The notes beneath the pieces are model-generated. The model saw only the letters and a list, made by a program, of their open reading frames with translations, searched no databases and was not told where the DNA came from. This document shows, one piece after another, positions 17,544 through 25,651 of a stretch of 32,000 nt of DNA (within the stretch, counting starts at the first letter, position 1; every line of letters begins with the position of its first letter). The translations under genes were made by a program, and so were the position numbers. Source of the DNA: Candidatus Saccharimonadota bacterium (lineage in GTDB: Bacteria > Patescibacteriota > Saccharimonadia > Saccharimonadales > UBA4665); contig CP025011.1 of assembly GCA_002952755.1 (NCBI GenBank), forward strand, positions 330,001 through 362,000. The letters run 5' to 3'.

Positions 17544-18701
17544 CTATTGTACCAAGATACGCCGTACATCATGGCTTAGAGCGGTGAGCAGATTGTAATT
17601 AAATAGCGCGTGTTCATGAGCAATAGCATCCACAGCGTTCCTATCTGCGGAATCGTTGCTGTACACAGTAACTTCATCGCCAACTTTCGTGGCTGCCAGG
17701 CCATCTAAGCTAATCATGGTGTGATTCATGCATACACGGCCAACAATAGGGGTGAAGTGTTTGCCCACCTTAACCACACCAGCGTTACTCAACGCCCGAT
17801 TGACGCCTTCATAATATCCTAGTGGCAGTACGCCGATTCTCATGTCTTTCGGTGCGGTGAAGGTGTAGTTGTAGCTGACTCTGTCGCCTTTCTTTAGCTC
17901 AATAACCTTGGTAATAGTGCTTACGAGTTTTAGCGCTGGGCGCAGGTCTTTTAGATGGGTGTGAAGGGCGTGATTTTTTGGGAACGGGTTGAGACCGTAC
18001 AAACCTATGCCGAGGCGGGAGGCATTAGCGTATTTTGATCGGGCTTTAAGGTTGCCGGCGCTTTGGGCGACATGAAAGATTGTTGGTTTCGCTCCGGCTG
18101 CTTGCACTGCCTCAACGCAGGCGTCAAATTGCTTTACTGCTATATCGACAGTGGCGGGATCGTCGCCGTCGCTATCGCATAAGTGGCTCATCACGCCTTC
18201 AAGAGTGAGGTGATTGTAGCTAAGAATGAGCTTCGTAAGCCTTACTATTTCATCCGGTTTTGCACCGTAGCGATTCATGCCGGTATTGGCCTCGAGGTGC
18301 ACGCTAATATGTTTACCTGTATCGCCGAGGGCTTTGATGCTTGCCTCGTCATGCACTACAAACGCAAAGTTGTCATACCTGAGGTGTCTGTAATTTTCCG
18401 GCCGAATAGCGCCCATCACTAGTACGGGCTGGCTGCTTACCTCGCGAATGCGTACGGCTTCGAAATAGCCATCGACGGCGATATAAGGCAATCTGCGGCC
18501 CTTGAGGGCTCTTGCGACCAGGGTGATGCCGTGGCCGTAGGCATTCCCTTTGAGCACGGGAATGGCGGGCTTATCACTTATCTTTTCAAACAGGTCAAGA
18601 TTGTGGAGGATGGCCGACTCCGAGACCTCGATACGATTGTGCGTAACATATTCTCTCTCCAATTTGCCCAAGAGCGTATTGATATGTTTGCGGATAGACA
18701 T
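17544..18701 (-). CDS. alr: alanine racemase
   Basis: PLP-lysine motif PVLKGNAYGHG. The length (385 aa) and C-terminal domain motifs (YGLNP, VGRVCMN) fit. Confidence 0.9.
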   Translation of the reverse strand: MSIRKHINTLLGKLEREYVTHNRIEVSESAILHNLDLFEKISDKPAIPVLKGNAYGHGITLVARALKGRRLPYIAVDGYFEAVRIREVSSQPVLVMGAIRPENYRHLRYDNFAFVVHDEASIKALGDTGKHISVHLEANTGMNRYGAKPDEIVRLTKLILSYNHLTLEGVMSHLCDSDGDDPATVDIAVKQFDACVEAVQAAGAKPTIFHVAQSAGNLKARSKYANASRLGIGLYGLNPFPKNHALHTHLKDLRPALKLVSTITKVIELKKGDRVSYNYTFTAPKDMRIGVLPLGYYEGVNRALSNAGVVKVGKHFTPIVGRVCMNHTMISLDGLAATKVGDEVTVYSNDSADRNAVDAIAHEHALFNYNLLTALSHDVRRILVQ

Positions 18702-18785
18702 AATGTAATAGTACTCTAGCCCGTAGCTGGACTAGCTATATCATAATTTTCAAATCCTAATGACTGGCTTTGGAAGGCTGGGTGG

Positions 18786-19280
18786 TTATGAGTGGTGGTA
18801 GTGGTGGGTGAGTGCGTGGCCTTTGCCGCGTTTGAGCAGGTAGGCATTGACGGGGTAGCCGGCTGCAAAGGCAGCTGTCAAGGAAATAACGCGGCTCAGC
18901 CAATAGACTGGGTGGACGAGATTTTTGTCCATGGCACCGGGAATGACTAGTATGGTGAGGTTGTCGGCAATGGTCATGGCTAGAATCGATGTAGTGTCGG
19001 CAGCGAAAACTAATCGCAAGGCCTTTCTAAATGATAGTTTTGCTTTAACGAGCGGCCAGGTAGAAACTGAATATCCAGATAGAAAGGATAAAATTGAAGC
19101 AAGGGTAATCGTTTGCCTTGCATGTAAGCCAGTATGGGTGCCGATGGTAACGCCTATAATTTCACCAATGGCGCAACCTGCTAAGCAGTGGAGTGTCGCA
19201 CTCAAAGCCATGTTTCCAGCCGCGCCATGCGATGTGTGCGTATTTGTGGACATAGGCATCTTGGCGTTCTGGTTTTGCAC
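18786..19280 (-). CDS. DUF4396-family membrane protein with His-rich C-terminus
   Basis: Motif TLHCLAGCAIGEIIG. The C-terminus is HALTHHYHHS. The GTG start overlaps the upstream stop (TAGTG). Confidence 0.7.
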   Translation of the reverse strand: MQNQNAKMPMSTNTHTSHGAAGNMALSATLHCLAGCAIGEIIGVTIGTHTGLHARQTITLASILSFLSGYSVSTWPLVKAKLSFRKALRLVFAADTTSILAMTIADNLTILVIPGAMDKNLVHPVYWLSRVISLTAAFAAGYPVNAYLLKRGKGHALTHHYHHS

Positions 19281-19564
19281 TAGGCGCCCCTTACAATATG
19301 CAGTTCGTAGAGTCTTAGTAGTTCGCCGATCGCTTTTTCGTGTTGCTTTTCATCGTCGCTGTTTAGCATATCCGTTACATGTGTCCGCATATGGTTCTCT
19401 AGGATAAGCTTATTGAGAGAAGCTAGGGATTTTTGGATGGCCAGACTTTGCGTAAGAATGTCAATGCAGTACGATTCATTGTCTATCGCTTTTTGCAGCG
19501 CCTTGCATTGTCCTTCAATAATCTTGGAGCGGTGAGTAGCTCGCTTTTTAATTGCCTGTAGCAT
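19280..19564 (-). CDS. CsoR/RcnR/FrmR-family metal-sensing transcriptional repressor
   Basis: 94 aa. Motif YCIDILTQSLAIQKSL...ENHMRTH (Cys, His, His ligand positions). Confidence 0.85.
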   Translation of the reverse strand: MLQAIKKRATHRSKIIEGQCKALQKAIDNESYCIDILTQSLAIQKSLASLNKLILENHMRTHVTDMLNSDDEKQHEKAIGELLRLYELHIVRGA

Positions 19565-19575
19565 ACTATAAATAT

Positions 19576-19592
19576 ATACCCCGGGTGGGTAT
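19576..19592. promoter_or_regulatory. CsoR-type operator candidate
   Basis: ATACCC-CGGGT-GGGTAT, a G/C tract flanked by an AT-rich inverted repeat. It sits between the -35 (TTTACT) and -10 (TATATT) of the minus-strand promoter. Confidence 0.55.
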
Positions 19593-19639
19593 TAGTAAAC
19601 ATGAGGGCTAACAAGCCAGGGATTAACAGGAGTCCGTAC

Positions 19640-20377
19640 ATGCAAGATGCTAAAACAGAAATAATCGCTTGTGTCGGCAGCAGCACGGCAGCTGCGCGAG
19701 GTGTTTTTAACTGGATGAAGGAGTTAGAGCAGCGGCCGCAGAATAAGCGCTTTACGTTTGTAAATCGTGGAGTCGGGGGCGACGTGGCCTATAGTACGCT
19801 GCAACGTCTGCCTAAAACTATTTCAGTGCATCCCGATCGTATTATTCTTATCATCGGCGCCAACGACATTCTTAATCAGGTTTTTCCTAATGTACAAAAG
19901 ATGCTTGGCGGATGGAAGAAGCTGCCAGAAAAATCATCGCCAGCATGGTTCAGGCAAAATATAGAGGCCATCGTACGCGAACTGAAGGCCAAAACATCTG
20001 CCAAGATCGGGCTCACCTCGCTTGCACTCATTGGCGAAGATCCGAGTTCCAAAGACCCGAAGCAGGCTGCACTGAATCGGCTTTTTAAAGAGTTCTCGCA
20101 AATTATTAAGGACGTCGCTCAACAAGAAAAGGTTGCCTACATTCCCTTTTACGAAGCATTCCAGCAGCAGGTAGAGGCCGAGCCGGGCAAGGCGTTTACC
20201 GAATTTCGCTTCCGCTCCTTCTTTCGCGATTATTATTGGCGCGAGTTTATCCTGCACCGCAGTTTTGACGAAATAGCGGAGATGAATGGTTGGAAATACC
20301 ATGTAGATGGTGTACACCTCAACACCCGAGGTGGCATGATCTTAGCTGACGTCTTGCAAGAATTCCTGGACAGCTAG
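19640..20377 (+). CDS. SGNH/GDSL-family hydrolase
   Basis: Motifs IIACVGSS (block I variant), NRGVGGD, IGANDI and DGVHLN. AGGAG lies 8 nt upstream of ATG 19640. Confidence 0.75.
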   Translation: MQDAKTEIIACVGSSTAAARGVFNWMKELEQRPQNKRFTFVNRGVGGDVAYSTLQRLPKTISVHPDRIILIIGANDILNQVFPNVQKMLGGWKKLPEKSSPAWFRQNIEAIVRELKAKTSAKIGLTSLALIGEDPSSKDPKQAALNRLFKEFSQIIKDVAQQEKVAYIPFYEAFQQQVEAEPGKAFTEFRFRSFFRDYYWREFILHRSFDEIAEMNGWKYHVDGVHLNTRGGMILADVLQEFLDS

Positions 20378-20448
20378 GTAGGGGGTAATGCCCTGACAGG
20401 TAAGCTTCTGAATCTACTGCGTATACTAGATTGTGGCCGTGAAATTCA

Positions 20449-20477
20449 TTGACTAGTTCGTATTTCGTCGATATAGT
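20449..20477 (+). promoter_or_regulatory. near-consensus sigma70 promoter of the small-ORF/ATP-grasp operon
   Basis: TTGACT (20449-20454), 17-nt spacer, TATAGT (20472-20477). Confidence 0.55.
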
Positions 20478-20504
20478 TAAAGTCTATTTTAAGGCGAGGT
20501 GCGT

Positions 20505-20762
20505 ATGTCAGAGTTTGACAAGATTGATAGCGTTAAAGACGTAGATGGTGAGTTTGATGAGATTGTAGGACGGCCTGATGTACACCCGCTTGGCGTAGAC
20601 GCATTTGCTGATGAAATGCCAGTGGGTTTTGAGTTTATGTCATCGGTTGACCCCACTAAACGGGAGGGATATAACGATGTACAGCTTGGAAATTTGGCGT
20701 GCCTTTCAGCTGCCGGCACTAATAAGGTTGACGATAATACCAACAGGTTTCTTCTTCCTTGA
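20505..20762 (+). CDS. acidic 85-aa peptide, candidate graspetide precursor
   Basis: GAGGTG SD. The ORF ends 43 nt upstream of the ATP-grasp gene. It is rich in D/E, and the C-terminal part carries T/S/K donors and D/E acceptors. Confidence 0.5.
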   Translation: MSEFDKIDSVKDVDGEFDEIVGRPDVHPLGVDAFADEMPVGFEFMSSVDPTKREGYNDVQLGNLACLSAAGTNKVDDNTNRFLLP

Positions 20763-20805
20763 TTTAGCAGCAGTGATTCTATAGCTGAAGGTCGAATACC
20801 GTAGC

Positions 20806-21783
20806 ATGTCGCGAGCCAAAAAGAAACGTCAGATCGTAGTCATCACCACCGAAGGCGATGCGCATATCCCTTTCGTGCAGAAGCACTTGGAAGAGCCGAT
20901 GATTGTATTGGATTCCAACAGTCTTGTGCACCGCAAAACACTGACCTATGAAATGATTAATGGCAGGATCCGTACTGTTTTTAATGGTCTCCCTTTGGAT
21001 AATGTGCATGGAGTGTGGTTTCGAAAGCCTACCCCAATCGCATTAGACAAGATACCTCTAAATAAAGATTATCGGGCCTATGCCCAGGATTCGCTCGAAG
21101 CACACTATCGATCGCTCTACACCGCTTTTCCTGACGCTCTTTGGATGTCTGATTATTACGCCTTGATAAAGGCGTGCGACAAAACATGGCAGCTTGCAAT
21201 CGCGCAAGAAGTCGGCTTTCATGTTCCAGCTACTATTGTTACCTCCGACACCCAAAGAGCGAAAGCTTTCATAAGCGAGCATGACAAAGTAGTCATGAAG
21301 ACCTCGACGCACTTTGCCCTTACAGTAGACGGTATTCACAAACTACTTTACACAACACTCATAAGTAACAAGAAGCTTCCTAATCTGGAAAATCTCTATG
21401 TATCTCCGATGATTTTTCAGCAAGCTATAGATCCACTCTATGATGTTCGTGCGACGGTTATTGGTGATAAGGTTTTTGCAGCTTCGATCCGAAACGCCGG
21501 CCTTAAGCCACACACCGAAGTACGCGATTGGCGTGTTGGCCACTTTGAGGGCGAGATATACACTGAGCCTATCGAGAATTTTCCACAAGATATTGCAGAT
21601 ATGTGTATTGCCCACACCAGGAAGTTGGGGTTGGCTTTTGGCGCCGTAGATTTAGTCGCAGATAAGAAAGGGAAATTTTGGTTCCTGGAGAATAACCCTA
21701 ACGGCCAATGGGGGTTCATCGAAAGACTCACGGGTCTGCCAATTGGCAAAGCTGTTGCCGAGACATTATATTGCGGCAAGTAG
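20806..21783 (+). CDS. ATP-grasp ligase of the MvdD/MdnC (ribosomal peptide maturase) type
   Basis: Blocks match my recollection of MdnC: IVVITTEGD, VHGVWFRKP, SPMIFQQAI, VRATVIGDKVFAASI, VRDWR, FGAVDLVADKKGKFWFLENNPNGQWGF. Confidence 0.8.
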   Translation: MSRAKKKRQIVVITTEGDAHIPFVQKHLEEPMIVLDSNSLVHRKTLTYEMINGRIRTVFNGLPLDNVHGVWFRKPTPIALDKIPLNKDYRAYAQDSLEAHYRSLYTAFPDALWMSDYYALIKACDKTWQLAIAQEVGFHVPATIVTSDTQRAKAFISEHDKVVMKTSTHFALTVDGIHKLLYTTLISNKKLPNLENLYVSPMIFQQAIDPLYDVRATVIGDKVFAASIRNAGLKPHTEVRDWRVGHFEGEIYTEPIENFPQDIADMCIAHTRKLGLAFGAVDLVADKKGKFWFLENNPNGQWGFIERLTGLPIGKAVAETLYCGK

Positions 21784-21829
21784 TAGAATTTTTAAGATCG
21801 CTTCTTAGAATGTAAGTTGTAATAGTAGG

Positions 21830-22435
21830 TTATCTAGTTCCTTCTGATTTGGCTGGTCTGTCGTAATATGTCGTTTTGCAGTATTCGAATAGACTAGCGA
21901 AAATCTCTTTGCAATACGGTGAACCTTCGGCCAGGTGCTCGCTATGCTTTTGTATGAAGCGATCATACGTGATATTGATTTTTTGATACGGACGCCAACC
22001 GTCCATGTCGGCAAGTACCAAGGACTGCATTTTGTCGACTGTCCATACAAATAGCGCCTCATCGTCGGTTTTTTCTTCGTAGTCGTTCAGGCAGGCGACG
22101 AGATCCGCAAAGCCGCTAAACTCTTGGCTTAGTCTCTTGAGTGCTGCCTGTTCCGTCGCGACCTTTTTATTCCGTTCCTGTTGGCTGGCAAAAGTATTCA
22201 CATCGCCTGCATAGCGTTCCACAAAATCGTGCGCCAGCGCATAACGCAGCACCTTGCTTAAGTCCAGATCGAGTTTGTTTTGGCTACAGATAAACCAACA
22301 GAGTAGCGCCACCATAAAACTATGTTCGATGTCGTTCTCGTGACGCTCGCTATTGATTAAATGATGGTTGCGTTCGATAAAAGCCAGGTCGTTCACCAGC
22401 TGCTGCAGCTCAAAGAAGGTATTGTATGGTCTCAT
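21830..22435 (-). CDS. HD-domain phosphohydrolase (YfbR-like 5'-nucleotidase family)
   Basis: Motif H...IEHSFMVALL...ALAHDFVERYAGD. TATACT lies 6 nt upstream of the ATG. Confidence 0.75.
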   Translation of the reverse strand: MRPYNTFFELQQLVNDLAFIERNHHLINSERHENDIEHSFMVALLCWFICSQNKLDLDLSKVLRYALAHDFVERYAGDVNTFASQQERNKKVATEQAALKRLSQEFSGFADLVACLNDYEEKTDDEALFVWTVDKMQSLVLADMDGWRPYQKINITYDRFIQKHSEHLAEGSPYCKEIFASLFEYCKTTYYDRPAKSEGTR

Positions 22436-22494
22436 GCAAAGAGTATAGCTTGTTGTGTGTGGCAGTAAGCAGGCTTGTCCTTTGGTGTGGATCT

Positions 22495-23079
22495 TTAAGA
22501 CCAGCCTTGTTCTTCAAGTCGGGTTGTCAAAAGTTGTGCTGTACGCTTACTCCACAGTGGTCCATATACGCCGGAATCTAGAAACGCCCTTTCTTCTGGA
22601 GGGATATACTTCCACATCAGGAGATGGCCAATGCCGATTCTCGAGGAGCGCAACACCATGTGCGTGGCAGGCCTCACTGTTCGACAAGGAATTTCACCTA
22701 GCTTTCCTTCGACTGGCTCGAAACACGCCTGGTCGAGAGTGTGGGACACGTTTTCGAAGTCGATATAGGACCATCCATCTTTACCTTTGGCTATGGTCCG
22801 TAGTCGGTTGAATGCGGTGCCGTCTACCAGGTGAGGTAACTTTGGTAAGCTACGGGTAAAACCATATTCGCCGATAACGTCAACGTCGCGAAGCGTTCCG
22901 TCTTTCTTGACCAGTAGCTCTTCGCCGCGCGTCTTGAATTCTAGCAGCGGATCAAGGTCCATCTCTCCAAAAATTGCCGAGCGGCCAATAGAGCCGATTA
23001 CCAGACCACCGGCATTATGAACCGCTTCCAGTGTCTCCCGTAGTCCGTCGTAAGACCTATCCGGTCCAGAGTAACTCAT
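22495..23079 (-). CDS. hypothetical protein, possible nucleotidyltransferase fold
   Basis: GGLVIGSIGRSAIFGEMDLD and RDVDVIG resemble pol-beta-type G[SG]...DxD motifs. The assignment is weak. Confidence 0.45.
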   Translation of the reverse strand: MSYSGPDRSYDGLRETLEAVHNAGGLVIGSIGRSAIFGEMDLDPLLEFKTRGEELLVKKDGTLRDVDVIGEYGFTRSLPKLPHLVDGTAFNRLRTIAKGKDGWSYIDFENVSHTLDQACFEPVEGKLGEIPCRTVRPATHMVLRSSRIGIGHLLMWKYIPPEERAFLDSGVYGPLWSKRTAQLLTTRLEEQGWS

Positions 23080-23094
23080 AACTTATATATTATG

Positions 23095-23847
23095 CTATAT
23101 TCTTGATTCTGCGGAAAGAGGGGGGTAACTACCGATTTGCATCTCTGGGGGATCGACGACCTTTGCCTCGTACCTATTCCTTGACTCTAAAAATGTATCT
23201 ATGCCGGCTGCTAACGCTTCGTATAGTTGGGCGGAAGGAGCTATGAGTCCAGACTCCGTTGCTTCAGCATAATACGTATCAAGCTCGTTAGGGGCAACGG
23301 TCATGAATATCCACCGCTTGCCGCTTAGGTCGTCCCTATCTCTACCGATACATACGGCACCAAGTGCCAGGAGGCCATCTCTGGACCTACTATTTGTTTC
23401 GGCTACAGATGAGCGGACAGCCTTCGCGCCTCTCGCATATGCCTGCAGACGTATTTCGGCACGAATCGCATGCCCGACTCCACCTTGGAATCCTTCGCGC
23501 ACAATAGTCCATGAATTCAGATGGTGCGGGGGCAGCTCTGAAGGTAAGGGCTCTTCGCGTTGGCGTACGTGCGTACCGCCCACATGTGTTACTACTAAAC
23601 CTGCTTCGTTCTTCTGATAGGCCATGGCCCCGTGGCTAATATCCACTGATAAGCGGCCCATCTTCTCAGCTAGTGCGCCCCACCCCTCTTCGTTGATCTC
23701 CTTGATAAAGGCTGGCTTTAGGTCGCGGCTTTCTGCAGGGGTGAGGCGTGGTGCATCTGTCAGTATTTGCGTGTTTGGATCGAGGCCGCCTATATAAAAC
23801 GTACCGATACGGGTACCATTAATCTCGACGGTTGGGATAAATGCCAT
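23095..23847 (-). CDS. GNAT-like acetyltransferase (putative)
   Basis: EGFQGGVGHAIRAEIRLQAYARGAKAVRSSVAETNSRSRDGLLALGA resembles GNAT motif A and the following strands. The ORF is open to GTG 23892. I prefer ATG 23847 because TATAAT (complement of 23881-23886) lies inside the extension. Confidence 0.5.
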   Translation of the reverse strand: MAFIPTVEINGTRIGTFYIGGLDPNTQILTDAPRLTPAESRDLKPAFIKEINEEGWGALAEKMGRLSVDISHGAMAYQKNEAGLVVTHVGGTHVRQREEPLPSELPPHHLNSWTIVREGFQGGVGHAIRAEIRLQAYARGAKAVRSSVAETNSRSRDGLLALGAVCIGRDRDDLSGKRWIFMTVAPNELDTYYAEATESGLIAPSAQLYEALAAGIDTFLESRNRYEAKVVDPPEMQIGSYPPLSAESRI

Positions 23848-23951
23848 ATGTACGATCAACCCCCTAAGCCATGGTTCGCTATTATACAGCACACTCCTTG
23901 TCGTAATCGGTGAGAATCCGTCCAGGCGCCTATTTTTGTTATACTAGGAGT

Positions 23952-24995
23952 ATGTCTAGCGTACCATCCCCAGGCGAAGGTCCTATGGGTATCGATTCCC
24001 ATGACCTGCTGATGGTGCATGGTTCTACCTATCAACTATTAGACCCAACGACCGCGCCTTCGGAGTTGCTTGACCAAGTCCGTGTGGATACGGCAAATCG
24101 ATGTCTGGCCGTTGATACGGCGCTGGGGACGATTGCGGTCGAAGTATATCGGGACGTCAACCCCTCCGGAGGGGGCGAACTGGTACAGGCTGATTTTTTT
24201 CCTCCGCTCGATTCTATAGCTGACCGTGGGCCCGAAGATAACCTACCGGCAGCGTATATCTACCCCTTCACTATTCTGCCGGATGGTGCTCTGTATGACA
24301 TCACGGTCCGTGCGCCCCGCGAAGCAGTGGAGGCTGAATGGGCGGAATCGAGTACCCTGATAATGGGCAACAGATTGGCGGAATTTCGTCGGGCGTATCC
24401 CGACGTTGCGGCCGCCATTCCTGAAGGTGTAATTGCCATAACTGCCGGTGTGCGCACTAAGCCGATGCTTGCAGTCGCTGCACGGATAGAAAATGGCGAG
24501 CCGCTAACGAGAGCGCTGCAAGTTACCGGCGCCGGGGTACGCTATAGAGAGAAGCTCGCGAGCGGTTTTGAGCCTTCCGGACGCCATCCTGATACAGCGG
24601 TCTCAGTCATAAATAGCCGCATAACCAGATCTGAAGATAAGAGCGAGGCTGACTATCAAAGATTAGTGTTTGAGGCTCACGATGGTTCTCAAAAGACCGC
24701 AGGAGAAGCAGGGGGGAGTAGAGGCCTGGTTGAAGTTATCGTTATGCAGGTCGATGAAGTCGAGTACAGCGGTTTTACTTATCCAATGCCCAAGTCTGGA
24801 TTGCTTGGCCCGGATGACCGTTCCGAATCCGCCACCCGGCAGGCCTCCGGCGACGAAGCACATCCTCAGGCGCGGCAAAGGATAGAGGCGTCTGCAAGAG
24901 GTATCCGAAATCTGCGCGCTATTGCTGCCTTTCGTTTTGCCTTGGCTGGCGTTCGGAACGAGCTGACGGCTGGGAATGAACCAGATGTCCCTTAG
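23952..24995 (+). CDS. hypothetical protein (GC-rich orphan)
   Basis: TGTTATACT lies 6 nt upstream of ATG 23952. The product is 347 aa. No motif was recognised. Confidence 0.6.
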   Translation: MSSVPSPGEGPMGIDSHDLLMVHGSTYQLLDPTTAPSELLDQVRVDTANRCLAVDTALGTIAVEVYRDVNPSGGGELVQADFFPPLDSIADRGPEDNLPAAYIYPFTILPDGALYDITVRAPREAVEAEWAESSTLIMGNRLAEFRRAYPDVAAAIPEGVIAITAGVRTKPMLAVAARIENGEPLTRALQVTGAGVRYREKLASGFEPSGRHPDTAVSVINSRITRSEDKSEADYQRLVFEAHDGSQKTAGEAGGSRGLVEVIVMQVDEVEYSGFTYPMPKSGLLGPDDRSESATRQASGDEAHPQARQRIEASARGIRNLRAIAAFRFALAGVRNELTAGNEPDVP

Positions 24996-25094
24996 GGCCA
25001 ATTTTTAAGGCAACTACTGCACGTTTCGGCACGAATACACTTCGCTCTATGTCGGCGATCCATAAAGATACCTCTTCCGCCGGGGTGTCGAAGG

Positions 25095-25520
25095 CTATTT
25101 CTTCTTTGTTGAGACTGCGATCTTCTTTGGTTCGGGCAGCGGAGTGAGCGGAATGGTTACTTTTAGAACGCCATCGTCCAGATGGGCGGCAATCCTTTCG
25201 GCATCAGCCCGGTCTGGTAATGCAATGCGGCGGTAGAAGCTGCTGGAGCTTTCGCGCACCACATACTGCTTGCTTTTGTCTTCATCTTTTTCGTGGCGCT
25301 CGGCGCTGATGACGAGCACGCCATTTTCTACCTCAATATTGACATCTTTTTGCTCGAAGTTCGGCAGGTGTGCCTCCACAACCAGCTCATTATCTTTGGT
25401 ATAGACATCGGTAGTGGGGATATTGAGACCCTTAAGCGGGCTGGTCCAATCATCGCCTAAGAATTGTTTTTGCAGGGCAGATAATTCTGCAAACGGATCC
25501 CACCGTACAAGGCTGCTCAT
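25095..25520 (-). CDS. small heat-shock protein, Hsp20/alpha-crystallin family
   Basis: 141 aa. Alpha-crystallin-domain motifs: DVYTKDNELVVEAHLPNF, FYRRIALP, GVLKVTIP. SD AAGGAG. Confidence 0.9.
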   Translation of the reverse strand: MSSLVRWDPFAELSALQKQFLGDDWTSPLKGLNIPTTDVYTKDNELVVEAHLPNFEQKDVNIEVENGVLVISAERHEKDEDKSKQYVVRESSSSFYRRIALPDRADAERIAAHLDDGVLKVTIPLTPLPEPKKIAVSTKKK

Positions 25521-25607
25521 GATATTTCTCCTTTCGTTATGGTTATAACGGCGAGAAGCATATAAGCTTCACGCTTCGATTGTAGGAAATGCTTATACAT
25601 ATGTCAA
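25521..25607 (-). promoter_or_regulatory. hsp20 promoter and structured 5' UTR
   Basis: On the minus strand: TTGACA (complement of 25602-25607), 17-nt spacer, TACAAT (complement of 25579-25584). Two hairpins (25551-25574 and 25535-25550) precede the SD. Confidence 0.5.
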
Positions 25608-25651
25608 AACCCGCCATGTAAGTCAGCGGGCACCTTTGCTACACTTCAAGT

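Noticed and set aside
23946-23950. AGGAG upstream of ATG 23952 read as a Shine-Dalgarno site.
   Set aside because: It lies only 1 nt from the ATG. It fits better as the 6-nt spacer of the TGTTATACT-N6-ATG leaderless arrangement.
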